DNA from: an uncultured Rhodobacteraceae bacterium | GTDB lineage: Bacteria > Pseudomonadota > Alphaproteobacteria > Rhodobacterales > Rhodobacteraceae | Length of the DNA: 64,000 nucleotides | Assembly (NCBI GenBank): GCA_938092015.1 | Contig: CALKOT010000013.1 | Span: 1,109 to 65,108 of the forward strand | Reading direction: 5' to 3' | Shown here: piece after piece, positions 45,665 through 55,170 of the stretch | Layout of the letters: the number at the start of each line of letters is the position of its first letter | How positions within the stretch are numbered: the first letter of the stretch is position 1 | Notes under the pieces: model-generated | The model's input: only the letters and a program-made list of their open reading frames with translations | What the model was told of the DNA's origin: nothing | Databases searched by the model: none | Made by a program: the position numbers and the translations under genes

Positions 45665-47140
45665 ATGAAGTTTTCAGACGACCAAAGCGCCGCATTTGAC
45701 GCCATCGCCGAAGTGATGCGCGCATCCGGCATTGATTTGGTCGAGGAAAGTTTTTCGCCTCCCGACGAAGGCGCCGCTGCGCAGGTTGCTGCAGTACTTG
45801 GCAAGGCCGGTTCAGGTAAAACGGCGTTGTTGGCCAAAATCGCAGAAGGGTTGCACGAAGCTGGCCTTGATTTGATTGGGGGCGATTACGAACCGGGGCG
45901 AAAGCGGACGCGGCGCAGTTTTGCTGTCTTGGCGCCGACCAATAAGGCAGCTTCGGTCCTGCGCTCGGCGGGTGTCGAAGCAACAACCATTCACCGCATC
46001 CTCTACATTCCCGTCTATGACCCTCAATACGAGCTCATTGCGAAATGGCTGTCTGAGAAGGGCGCCCCCAAGCCTGAGGTTGAAGGCGTAACCGATGAAA
46101 TGCTCGACCGCGCCCATGCGTTCTACCAGACACAGAAGTCCATCCCTGGCGCGCTGGCGGCCGCAGGGTTGCGCGGTTCAGATTTTATCAAGGGTTGGAC
46201 CCGCCGCGATGAAGCGCTGGATGTTGCGCTTGTCGATGAAGCATCAATGCTGGACGACAAGCAGTTCGAAGACCTGAAAGAAATTTTTTCAACTCTGATC
46301 CTATTTGGCGATCCGGCCCAGTTGGCGCCTGTTGGTCAATCCGGGGAAATGATTTTCGACAAGCTGCCGGAAGGGCGTCGCCTGACCCTTTCGCGCATAC
46401 ATCGCCAAAGCGCTGATAACCCCATCCTCGATCTTGCGCATGCGCTGCGTGAAGGGGTGGAGTTTCATGAATTTGAGCGAGAGATTGAACGCATCGCGGA
46501 AAACGACCCAAGGGTCGTTGTCGCCCCACGCGCAGACCCTGACCTGATGGCGCGTGCGCCGATGCTGTGCTGGCGCAACGCCACTCGAATTCGTCTGATC
46601 CAGGGGTTCAGGACGGCCCACAACGCACCTGCGGATGATCTGACAGCGGGCGAACCTTTAATCTGTGACGGAATAGAATTACCCTTGAAGCACCGCAAAA
46701 AGCGGATCGATCTTGAAGCGCGCGGTCTGATCAAGGGCGCGCAGGTGATCTATCTGGGCGCAGGGCGCAAGGGCGGGTTCGCCAGGCTTCATGTTGTTGG
46801 CGCCGAAACTCCGTCGATCAGCGCCGCCGCTATCATCAAGATCGAAGCGCCAGGACTGGAAGAACCCTACATCCCTTCCGCCGCCCGCATGGGCGCGGCG
46901 TTCGTTCATGGCGCAGCGACGACAATACACAAGGCGCAGGGATCACAGTGGCCAGAAGTTCAGGTATTCGCCCCCGACATTTTCGCCGCGGCGCAAGCGG
47001 GGCGGGTCGAAGCCGGCGCGCCCCTTTGGCGGCGCCTCGCATATGTCGCCGTCACCCGCGCGCAGGAGCGGTTGATCTGGGTGACGCGCTGGCGTCTGTC
47101 AAAACCTACCACATCGCTTGGTGTGAGTGATTTGCCTTAG
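45665..47140 (+). CDS. SF1 RecD/Dda-like DNA helicase (AAA_30/UvrD_C_2-type)
   Basis: The ATG at 45665 gives MKFSDDQSAAFDAI.... Walker A GKAGSGKTAL, Walker B LVDEASMLD, GDPAQLAPV, and C-terminal TIHKAQGSQW ... YVAVTRAQERL. Confidence 0.8.
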   Translation: MKFSDDQSAAFDAIAEVMRASGIDLVEESFSPPDEGAAAQVAAVLGKAGSGKTALLAKIAEGLHEAGLDLIGGDYEPGRKRTRRSFAVLAPTNKAASVLRSAGVEATTIHRILYIPVYDPQYELIAKWLSEKGAPKPEVEGVTDEMLDRAHAFYQTQKSIPGALAAAGLRGSDFIKGWTRRDEALDVALVDEASMLDDKQFEDLKEIFSTLILFGDPAQLAPVGQSGEMIFDKLPEGRRLTLSRIHRQSADNPILDLAHALREGVEFHEFEREIERIAENDPRVVVAPRADPDLMARAPMLCWRNATRIRLIQGFRTAHNAPADDLTAGEPLICDGIELPLKHRKKRIDLEARGLIKGAQVIYLGAGRKGGFARLHVVGAETPSISAAAIIKIEAPGLEEPYIPSAARMGAAFVHGAATTIHKAQGSQWPEVQVFAPDIFAAAQAGRVEAGAPLWRRLAYVAVTRAQERLIWVTRWRLSKPTTSLGVSDLP

Positions 47141-47261
47141 ATCCGTTAATGTTGGCGTGACTTGACGCCAGACCTATGCAGGGGGCCATCCGCCGCAATT
47201 GACGTCGCCGCAATCAAGCTGGATTGTGCGCGGAAATGGGCAATCGGCAGGAGGTTTCCAA

Positions 47262-48743
47262 GTGAAACGCACCCCTCTCATCATCGGCGGTATCGCAGGC
47301 GTCGCCATTCTTTGGAGCGGCGCGTGGTACGCTGGAAAAGTGCTCTATGTTGAGCCTCGCGCTGATGCGGCAGTTGAACAACTACGCAGTGGCACCACAT
47401 TTTTCAGTTTCGACAAGCGCTCTGTGACCGGGTTCCCCTTCGGTTATGATGTCGCCTACGAAGATGTCGCGATTTCTGACGCCAGCACCCTATGGCGCTG
47501 GACTGCGCCGTTGATCCGGCTGGAAACCGGCTTGGCTGATGCCGGTGAGATGAAGGTCACGATGTCGGATGCCAGCGTTCTGGTTATTGAAGCGCCTCTT
47601 TTGGGCGGGGCCGCTGATGGATCGCCGATGATCTTCAACATCGCCTCTGAAGGTCTTGAGGCGACCCTTACGGGGAATGCCACTGATAACAGCGCCGTCA
47701 TCGAAGCTGACAATGTCTCGGTAACTCAGAAAGAAGGCGCCAGCATTGTAACCGGCGGCGAGGCCAACCTGTCTTCATTGAAGGCAACCATCGAAACGCA
47801 GCCCGAAGAAGGCGCCTACTTGGCCAATGCCGACGCAGCCAGCCTGACCATTGCGTATCGTCTTAGCACAGATGGCGTGAACGAATCGTTCAATCGTAGC
47901 GAATTGACGGGTGTGAAGATCGACTTGGAAACCAAAGCGCTCTCGGGGGGCGACCTCGGCGCGATTATCGCCAATGACGGGCTCGCCAAGGTCACTGTCA
48001 GCACGGACGGATATAAGGGTGAGGCGACATCTACGGGCGGGCCAAGCACGCCGCCAGTTTCAGTCACCCATGAGGGCGGTAAAACTGCCGCCGAACTGTC
48101 AATTTCTGACGGCAGGGCGCGATATGCGGGCAATGCACAAGACGTTGAAATGAACGTCGAAACGCAGGCACTGGGCCCCTTTCCGGGTGTGGCGTTCGTC
48201 ATGGACGGATTTGAAATGTCGATGGAAATGCCGCTGAAGCAGGCCGACGAAGCACAACCCTACGCCATTGAAGTTGAACTTGATGATCTGGCTATCGATG
48301 AAACAGTCTGGGCGGCGTTTGATCCGCAGAAGAAACTGGATCGCAGCGCCATGCAGCTAGAGGTGAATATCACCGGCGACGCCCGCTTGCTGACAGATTT
48401 TCAGGGCGCGGCGATGACCCAATCGCCGATCGATCTTGAAACGTTTGAAATCGCTGAATTTGAGTTGGAGGCGCTTGGCGTCAGCGTCGATGCCCAAGGC
48501 GGGTTCGAAATTGCTGGCGATGCATCCCGATCAAGTGGTGAGATGGAAGTGGTCGTTGAAGGTGGTCTCGCGCTTCTGGACAATCTAAGCGCCGCAGGCC
48601 TGATCCCGGTTGAGGCGCTGGGCGCTTATCAAGGCCTGATTGCGCAGTTTACTGTGCGGGATGGCGATGATGACAAGCTGACGACGAAAATTGAAAGCCG
48701 TAGGGGCCAAGTGTCGATCAACGGTCTGGTAGTAAGCCAGTAG
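47262..48743 (+). CDS. membrane-anchored hypothetical protein (DUF2125-like, from memory)
   Basis: I prefer the in-frame GTG at 47262, which has GGAGG 7 nt upstream. N-terminal anchor KRTPLIIGGIAGVAILWSGAWYAG, then about 470 aa of acidic, Ala/Gly/Thr-rich sequence. The family assignment is tentative. Confidence 0.5.
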   Translation: MKRTPLIIGGIAGVAILWSGAWYAGKVLYVEPRADAAVEQLRSGTTFFSFDKRSVTGFPFGYDVAYEDVAISDASTLWRWTAPLIRLETGLADAGEMKVTMSDASVLVIEAPLLGGAADGSPMIFNIASEGLEATLTGNATDNSAVIEADNVSVTQKEGASIVTGGEANLSSLKATIETQPEEGAYLANADAASLTIAYRLSTDGVNESFNRSELTGVKIDLETKALSGGDLGAIIANDGLAKVTVSTDGYKGEATSTGGPSTPPVSVTHEGGKTAAELSISDGRARYAGNAQDVEMNVETQALGPFPGVAFVMDGFEMSMEMPLKQADEAQPYAIEVELDDLAIDETVWAAFDPQKKLDRSAMQLEVNITGDARLLTDFQGAAMTQSPIDLETFEIAEFELEALGVSVDAQGGFEIAGDASRSSGEMEVVVEGGLALLDNLSAAGLIPVEALGAYQGLIAQFTVRDGDDDKLTTKIESRRGQVSINGLVVSQ

Positions 48744-48786
48744 GCCGTATCGCAGAGACACGAACAAACGCCTGATAGCCAGGACA

Positions 48787-48820
48787 TAAAAAAACGCGCC
48801 CAAAACAGGCGCGTTTTCTT
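48787..48820. terminator. bidirectional rho-independent terminator between the DUF2125-like gene and the yegP-like gene
   Basis: AAACGCGCC-caaaaca-GGCGCGTTT stem-loop, flanked by an A-run upstream and TTTTCTT downstream. Confidence 0.7.
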
Positions 48821-48865
48821 GTTACTTACAAACTCAGTGGCCAAAATCACCGCCCGAGTAAGTTA

Positions 48866-49372
48866 TCAGCCGGAATAGCCCTGACGCGCCGCGTTAGCTT
48901 CGCAGTCGGACTTCTTATTGTAGCCTTCCGAAGATGCGCCGATGATGTTGCCGTTGACCGCTTTACGACGCCAGCGCCACTCACCACGTTTGTCTTCGTA
49001 AATTTCTCATTTGTCTTTCGGATTTGGACCGCGGTTCATATTCGCTTCGCAGTCGGACTTTTTGTTGTAGCCTTCCGAAGACGCGCCAACGATCCTGCCG
49101 TTGGATGCTTTACGTCGCCAGCGATACTCGCCACGCTTGTCTTGATACACCTCAAACTTGTCGTTCTCACCGGCTATTTTGTTATCCCTGTCAAAGTTCC
49201 GCGCCTTGATGACGCTCAGATTATGGTGACCGCACACTGGCGACCTCGCGAAGAATGCGCGGAAGACGTTCACCACGCAAGTCTGTGATTGCCTGTTAGG
49301 TGCGGCAGAAGTTTGGCGGTGCTGGTTCGAACCCGGGCAAAAATATAGGAATTCCGGGGCTGATTGGGTCAA
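48866..49372 (-). pseudogene. YegP/DUF1508 tandem-domain gene interrupted by an in-frame TGA between the two repeats
   Basis: The track ORF 49007..49372 ends ...KFEVYQDKRGEYRWRRKASNGRIVGASSEGYNKKSDCEANMNRGPNPKDK*. Reading on in the same frame gives a second DUF1508 repeat, EIYEDKRGEWRWRRKAVNGNIIGASSEGYNKKSDCEANAARQGYSG*, with its stop at 48866-48868. The 5' 70 codons look non-coding-like, so the start is uncertain. Confidence 0.65.
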
Positions 49373-49455
49373 GTGCAGCTTTGAAGACGATCAAATCGCA
49401 TCAACTCGCATCTCTGCGCCTTGGAACCAACAAACTAACAGCCTAGATTTGCTGG

Positions 49456-50268
49456 ATGAAATACGTTGTTCTCTCGCTCGCCACCGCTGCGGTTCTTTGG
49501 CTGCAACCAGCGCAAGCGCAATCCATAGCGGTATGCGGGGATAGTAGCGCCAGCGCCGGCGAAGTGGCGCATCATTGCAAGCTGACCCTTCGAAATGGCG
49601 GCCTGTCGCAGCAACAAATCGTCGGTGTCTACATCAATATCGGCTATGCGGAGCTGGCGTTGGGCCAAACCGGTCAGGCCGTCGAATCGTTTTCAGAGGC
49701 TGTTCGCTACGATTCCCGCCGCGTGGAAGCCTATATCGGTCGCGCCAACGCATATGAAGATCGCCGCGCTTTCGATCTGGCCGACCGCGATTGGCAAAGC
49801 GCGTTGGGCCTGGCAAGCGGTAGCGTCGATGTCAGGCTGGGGCGGGGCGCCTATTTCTTACGCCAAGGCAAGAATGTCTTGGCGTTGGAGGAATTCACCG
49901 CCGCCCTCAGAATCGATCCTGATGAGGCGGATGCGCGTTACAATCGCGGCTTAGCTTGGCTATCGCTTAGCCGGTTTGAGGAAGCTGACTGGGACTTTAC
50001 CCGTCTACTGCGCGATTATCCAAATGATGCAGGCGCCTACTTCAACCGCGCCCGGTCGCGTGACGGACGCAATGATCGCGCCGCGCTGGCAGACTTCGCC
50101 AAAGCGTCTGAGCTGTCGCCTGAATGGTCATCCCCCTGGTTTTTCGCCGGACAAATGCTGGATCGGCTGGGGCGCGAGGCTGAAGCGAACCGCAAGTTTC
50201 GCCGGGCTTTTGAGTTGGGCCATCAGGACCCGTGGCTACTGCAGCGGATCCAGAACCTCGGGGGATGA
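49456..50268 (+). CDS. secreted TPR-repeat protein
   Basis: 270 aa with a signal peptide (MKYVVLSLATAAVLWLQPAQA). Several TPR-like units follow (AVESFSEAVRYDSRRVEAYIGRANAY ; ALEEFTAALRIDPDEADARYNRGLAW ; ALADFAKASELSPEWSSPWF). Confidence 0.8.
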   Translation: MKYVVLSLATAAVLWLQPAQAQSIAVCGDSSASAGEVAHHCKLTLRNGGLSQQQIVGVYINIGYAELALGQTGQAVESFSEAVRYDSRRVEAYIGRANAYEDRRAFDLADRDWQSALGLASGSVDVRLGRGAYFLRQGKNVLALEEFTAALRIDPDEADARYNRGLAWLSLSRFEEADWDFTRLLRDYPNDAGAYFNRARSRDGRNDRAALADFAKASELSPEWSSPWFFAGQMLDRLGREAEANRKFRRAFELGHQDPWLLQRIQNLGG

Positions 50269-50300
50269 TGGCGCGCCACCTCGGGGGATGATGGCGCGCC
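50255..50300. repeat. perfect 2 x 23-bp tandem duplication (ACCTCGGGGGATGATGGCGCGCC)
   Basis: Read directly: 50255-50277 is identical to 50278-50300. The first unit encodes the last codons and the stop of the TPR gene. The second ends 1 nt before the stop codon of the convergent cyclase gene. Confidence 0.95.
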
Positions 50301-50301
50301 G

Positions 50302-51537
50302 TCAGGCAGTTTTCTTCATCTCCGGGTTCACTTCGAACGCGTCGATGTCGCAAAGCCGGGCGTACAGCTCAACCGGGCTCTCAATGCCCACGAGCGTTTG
50401 ATCACCAAGGCTGATCCAGCTTTTGTTTTCAATATTTGCGATTTCACGCGTGACCAGAACGGAACGACCCAGGACCTTACTGATGTCATCCATCCGCGCG
50501 ACCTGATTGACGACCGGACCGATCACAGAAAAGCTTAGGCGCTCAGATACGCCGACATTGCCAAACATGACCTCACCTACGGCCATTGAGATGCAAAACC
50601 GCATCCTGTCTTTTTCATCTGACTGTTCACGCAGCGCTAGCGCCGCTTCCATCGCGCGGGTTGCAGCGCGCGCAGCCTCGCGCAGGCCAGTGTCGCCGTG
50701 AACCGGGAAAATCGCCAAGACGGCGTCGCCGATATAGTCGAGGATCTCACCGCCTTCATCCAACACTGGCTGCGCGACGCAGTCATAGTAATGCTTCAGC
50801 AGGCCCAGATAGGCCTCGCTTTCCAAGGCTGCGGACATCCGCGTGCTGCCGCGCAGATCAGCATAGTAAACGACCGCGCGAATTTGTTCGCCGTCACCGC
50901 GTTGAATGTCGCCTGACAGCGCTTTCTTTCCAGCAGTAGGGCCCAAATATGTGTTCATCAGATTGGTTGTCACGCGCCGCTGGATGGCGACGCGGCAGGC
51001 CACCGCGAAACTTTTCTGGATCCGCCCCAGTGCGCGGATATCGGCGTCAGCAAACCCGCCTTCGCGTTTGGTCGCCCATGACGCCAGCGTTCCCGTGCGG
51101 CGGTCTTCAAATTCAGACACTTCGCCGATGCGAAAATCCGAACTGGTCATCAGATAATCGGTAAATCCTTGCGCCTGAAAGTCCTTAAGCACATCGAAAT
51201 CAGCCATCGCTTCATCACCGGTCAGACGCCGACGAAACATCGCCAACTGGCGCTGCAACACATAGTAAAACGGGCTGCGCATCCATGATTCCGAATGACG
51301 GTTGGCGTGGCTGTGTTGTTCTAGATGGGCGCCGTCTTCATTATTCCAGAAAATTTGCTCAGCCCGAAAAAGGGGGTGCAGCGTTGGCCAGCTAAGTGCT
51401 GCGCGGTCCAATGGAACGCCGACACCGGAAAGGCGTTCGCACAAACGCTGGAACAGAATGACAATATCGGGGTCGCCCAATGCCTTGTCGATCAGCCACG
51501 CTTCGATTTCTTCGATGAGAACGGTATGAGACATCAC
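50302..51537 (-). CDS. class III adenylate/guanylate cyclase with an N-terminal sensor domain
   Basis: 411 aa. The C-terminal CHD domain shows VVYYADLRGSTRMS, YIGDAVLAIFPV and GEVMFGNVGVSERLSFSVIGPVVNQVARM. Confidence 0.85.
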   Translation of the reverse strand: MMSHTVLIEEIEAWLIDKALGDPDIVILFQRLCERLSGVGVPLDRAALSWPTLHPLFRAEQIFWNNEDGAHLEQHSHANRHSESWMRSPFYYVLQRQLAMFRRRLTGDEAMADFDVLKDFQAQGFTDYLMTSSDFRIGEVSEFEDRRTGTLASWATKREGGFADADIRALGRIQKSFAVACRVAIQRRVTTNLMNTYLGPTAGKKALSGDIQRGDGEQIRAVVYYADLRGSTRMSAALESEAYLGLLKHYYDCVAQPVLDEGGEILDYIGDAVLAIFPVHGDTGLREAARAATRAMEAALALREQSDEKDRMRFCISMAVGEVMFGNVGVSERLSFSVIGPVVNQVARMDDISKVLGRSVLVTREIANIENKSWISLGDQTLVGIESPVELYARLCDIDAFEVNPEMKKTA

Positions 51538-51591
51538 AACAAGATAGGCGCTCGAAGGGCGCCACGCCAGAGGTGAAGCACCCGCAGGCGA

Positions 51592-52349
51592 TCAAGCTTC
51601 CTTAATCGACATTGGCGCTGCGATCTTGCCGCCGATATTTTCATCCTGCAGTTCGACGTCGGCAGAATGCACTTTCAGTTCTTCTGCGCGATATCCGGAA
51701 GCGACTTTCTTTGCCATATCCCTGCCGATCAAAGCTTCAAACGCCTGCGATAGTTGCGGCTGATTTTCCAACACTTTCCGCAGTTTGTCTTTGCGCCATT
51801 CATAATAGACGCCGCCCTTTTCGATTGTGACTGAGGCCGTCGCCTTTCCGCCCAGCATGAAACTGACTTCGCCAATAAGTTCACCGGGATAGATCTTAAA
51901 GCTGCGACCGCCCTTGTCGCCATTCAGGTCACCAGAGATTGCGAAATACAGGCTTTCAACTTCCGCTGCTTCTTCGGTCAACCTTATCGATTTGTCAGCA
52001 AACTGCATGGCGCCCAAACTCATCAACTGGCGAAATTCGCCAGGTTCCAGCCCTTCCAGAGCTTTGAAAATGGGCCATTGGTTTGCAGGTATGCCGATGG
52101 GGAGGCGGCTATAGAGGATGTGGCCAAGACCGATCAGATTGGCCCCCATGATCAGGAAGCTGCCATAGATCGCGCCCCAAAGGGGGGCTTCGGGATGGTA
52201 GTAGAGTAGAGGATGTAGAAAATGGTCGCGATCAGCACCAGAAGTCTCAAAAAAATCTGGTTTTTGAAAATGAAGCCTAGGACATAGCCAAGGATGGCCA
52301 ATGTCACGAGTATTTCGGTGTCCCAGACCAGCGCAATCAGTGCGTCCAT
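51592..52349 (-). pseudogene. membrane-anchored cyclic-nucleotide-binding (CNB) domain protein, apparent 1-nt frameshift
   Basis: ORF 52152..52349 (MDALIALVWDTEILVTLAILGYVLGFIFKNQIFLRLLVLIATIFYILY..., TM helices) and the 51592..52458 frame (…LWGAIYGSFLIMGANLIGL… then the CNB domain FAISGDLNGDKGGRSFKIYPGELIGEVSFMLGGKATASV) are offset by 1. They overlap across a G6/C6 run at 52182-52187. This could also be a sequencing indel. Confidence 0.6.
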
Positions 52350-52531
52350 TTAGTTCCCTTGCTTCTGTGGCAGAGTTTACGTAGGAACCCGACCCCTGCC
52401 TTAGACAGTGCGTTATTGCACGCAACTCGACCTGAGAAGCGGGATCCCCAAAATTCACACGTTTTTAACGGCTTAGCGCCAGCCAAGGGTTGAAACGCAG
52501 GCGTTTCTACACCCTTGACGGGCGTCAGCGA

Positions 52532-54247
52532 TCAGCTGCCGGCAAACCGCGCTTCCAGTTCTTCCCGGGCCTCATCCGCTATTTTGGCGAACAAGACATC
52601 AGGCGTGGTGAAGGCATGGCCTGCGGGCAAGGCAGTCAGGGCCGCTTTGACGCTGTCTGGCCAGCTTTCGGTCCCAGATAGGTTGATCGCCGCCAACATC
52701 TGGTCTGAGGCATCAGGGATAAACGGGCGCGAGATGACCGCGTATAGTCGGATCAGGTTCAACGCCATGCGGATGACAGACGCCGCTGCATCCGGGTCAG
52801 TCTTGAACTTGGCCCAGGGTTCGGCGTGCTGCAGGTATTCATTCCCTGCAACCCAGATCGCGCGCAGCTCGGCGGTGGCTTTGCGGATTTCAATATCCTC
52901 CATCGCCTTCTCATAGGCTATCAGACGGGTTTGAATTTCCGCGGTCAAGGCTGCTTCAGCCTCACCATACTGGCCGCCTTCAGGGACGGTTTCACCGAAT
53001 TTTGAGCGGCAGAACTTGGTGACGCGGCTGACAAAGTTGCCCAGCACATCAGCTAGATCCTTGTTAACGCCACCTTGGAAGTTCTCCCACGTGAAATCCG
53101 CATCAGAGCTTTCAGGTGCGTTTGACAAGAGCCACCAGCGCCAATAGTCGGACGGCAGAATTTCAAGCGCTTCGTTCATGAAGACGCCTCGGCCCTGGCT
53201 GGTTGAGAACTTGCCGCCCTCATAAAGAAGCCAGTTGAACCCTTTGATATAGTTAACCATTTTCCACGGTTCGCCTGATCCCATCAATGTTGCAGGGAAG
53301 CTGAGCGTGTGGAACGGGATGTTGTCTTTCGCCATGAATTGGACATAGCGAACATCATCGGCGCCCTCGTCAGTGCGCCACCAGCGGTGCCATGCGGCTT
53401 CATCCAGATCGTTCGCATCTGCCCATTCGGCTGTCGCGGCTATGTATTCGATTGGCGCGTCAAACCAGACGTAGAACACCTTGCCGTCCATGCCGGGCCA
53501 GTCCTTGTCGCCCTTTTTGACGGCAATGCCCCAGTCGAGATCGCGGGTGATCGATCGATCCTGCAAACCGTCGCCGTCATGCAGCCATTTCTTGGCGATG
53601 GATGTCGTCAGGATCGGCCAGTCAGATTGCTTGTCGATCCACTCATCCAAATGCTGGCGCATCGCAGACTGGCGAATGTAGAGGTGTTTGGTTTCCCTCA
53701 CTTCAAGATCCGTAGATCCGGAAATCGCTGACCGGGGTTCAATCAGATCGGTTGGGTCAAGCTGTTTGGTGCAGTTCTCACATTGATCGCCCCGCGCTTT
53801 GTCATAACCGCAGTTGGGGCAGGTGCCTTCAATATAGCGATCAGGCAGGAACCGGCCGTCAGTGTGCGAGAACACCTGCTTTTCGTGAACTTCGTCGATC
53901 AGACCCGCACCCGCAAGACGTTCGGCGAAGTGCTGGGTCAGACGGTGGTTCCGTTCGGACGAAGAGCGCCCAAAGTGATCAAACGACAGGCGAAATCCAT
54001 CGGCGATGTCTTTTTGAACCTGCCACATGTCGGCGCAAAACTCCGCCACTGGCTTACCAGCCTTGGCGGCGGCCAGTTCAGCGGGCGTTCCGTGTTCGTC
54101 CGTTGCGCAGATAAGCAGCACTTCGTGACCGCGCTGACGCATGTAGCGGGCATAAGCGTCCGACGGCAGTTGGGATCCGACAAGGTTCCCAAGATGTTTG
54201 ATCCCGTTGATGTACGGGAGGGCCGAGGTGATGAGTATGCGCGCCAT
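52532..54247 (-). CDS. metG: methionine--tRNA ligase
   Basis: 571 aa with N-terminal [17 protein letters not shown] (HIGH-type), the zinc knuckle [17 protein letters not shown] and KFSTSQG (KMSKS-type). Confidence 0.95.
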   Translation of the reverse strand: MARILITSALPYINGIKHLGNLVGSQLPSDAYARYMRQRGHEVLLICATDEHGTPAELAAAKAGKPVAEFCADMWQVQKDIADGFRLSFDHFGRSSSERNHRLTQHFAERLAGAGLIDEVHEKQVFSHTDGRFLPDRYIEGTCPNCGYDKARGDQCENCTKQLDPTDLIEPRSAISGSTDLEVRETKHLYIRQSAMRQHLDEWIDKQSDWPILTTSIAKKWLHDGDGLQDRSITRDLDWGIAVKKGDKDWPGMDGKVFYVWFDAPIEYIAATAEWADANDLDEAAWHRWWRTDEGADDVRYVQFMAKDNIPFHTLSFPATLMGSGEPWKMVNYIKGFNWLLYEGGKFSTSQGRGVFMNEALEILPSDYWRWWLLSNAPESSDADFTWENFQGGVNKDLADVLGNFVSRVTKFCRSKFGETVPEGGQYGEAEAALTAEIQTRLIAYEKAMEDIEIRKATAELRAIWVAGNEYLQHAEPWAKFKTDPDAAASVIRMALNLIRLYAVISRPFIPDASDQMLAAINLSGTESWPDSVKAALTALPAGHAFTTPDVLFAKIADEAREELEARFAGS

Positions 54248-54328
54248 TTTGCTCTCCGCTATTCTAGTCTCGGGGCAGTATAGCTGATGGTTGCAATGAG
54301 GGCGAGACGCCGAACGGCTTGTCCGGGT

Positions 54329-55012
54329 CTAAAGCACGATCTGACGCGCCACGGGTTGCGGATCACTGGTCCGGCCAACCGGGTCAAGCTTCAGGCCGAT
54401 GGAGGTAGCAAAGCGGATTGCATCATCCTCCCACGCGCTGCCCCACTCATTCAGTGCGGCCGACGCACGCAGCGGTCCCTGCAAAAGGTAGGCGCTGTTC
54501 GTGTAGAACCGGATCTGCGGACTGTCATGCGCGGTTTCGGCGATTTGATGCAGCCGGTCCGCAAGGGTGGCGCCAATCAACCCGCGAACCACCTGCGCTT
54601 CTGAATGCGGATTGGTTGCAAGCAGGGGAAAGCCGCGCACGGCCTGCATCCGCTCTGACGCAATGGCCAGAAGGCTGCGCGCAAGAAAACTGTCGCAAAC
54701 CATGCCAAGCAGGCCTTTTTGATCTGGCGTCTCTGGATGTGAATGAAGGAAAAACCGGCCACATGCATCAATCAGCGGGTCGAACATGCTTTCAACCCGC
54801 GCCTGCTGCGCTGCAATTTCGCAATTCTCCATCAGGTGCAGTGTGCCGCGGACATAGCGTTCGGCCAGCACAAACATGCCCTCAAGATCATCTGAGAAGA
54901 GGAAAACACCTTGATCTTCGGTGATCGCATTCAGTCGCTCGGCAAAAGCAGCGCGCCCTTTGTGAGCGCTCAGCGAAGATTCGATCTGGTTCCTGACCAT
55001 GGAGGGGATCAT
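54329..55012 (-). CDS. hypothetical protein (all-helical by appearance)
   Basis: 227-aa ORF with coding-like composition and no competing ORF of similar quality. No motif recognised. Confidence 0.5.
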   Translation of the reverse strand: MIPSMVRNQIESSLSAHKGRAAFAERLNAITEDQGVFLFSDDLEGMFVLAERYVRGTLHLMENCEIAAQQARVESMFDPLIDACGRFFLHSHPETPDQKGLLGMVCDSFLARSLLAIASERMQAVRGFPLLATNPHSEAQVVRGLIGATLADRLHQIAETAHDSPQIRFYTNSAYLLQGPLRASAALNEWGSAWEDDAIRFATSIGLKLDPVGRTSDPQPVARQIVL

Positions 55013-55170
55013 GGAATGCCTCTTTGTTTTATTAATAATTTGGCTTGAATTGTGTCAGGAAAACGGCGCCGGATACCCCGCAAGGCTGCGAAACGTGTAC
55101 TCCTACACCCATTGTTAACCAAGGATTTGGGCAAAATCGCGATCTTTCAGGCACTTGTCGACGTGTGGAA

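Noticed and set aside
49007-49009. Recoding explanations for the in-frame stops: selenocysteine at the yegP TGA, and pyrrolysine at the two P450 TAG codons (17684-17686, 17738-17740).
   Set aside because: No SECIS-like hairpin is evident just downstream of the TGA, and the aligned residue in the sister repeat is Phe. The P450 also carries a frameshift and lacks its haem-binding half, so it is non-functional regardless. Pyl usage is not expected in this kind of gene or lineage.
49318-49338. GGTTCGAACCC, reminiscent of a tRNA T-arm (TPsiC loop), raising the idea of a tRNA or a tRNA-fragment attachment site.
   Set aside because: The flanks do not provide a complementary 5-bp T-stem, acceptor stem or CCA on either strand. 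The sequence is simply a 10-bp palindrome inside the degenerate 5' part of the yegP-like ORF.
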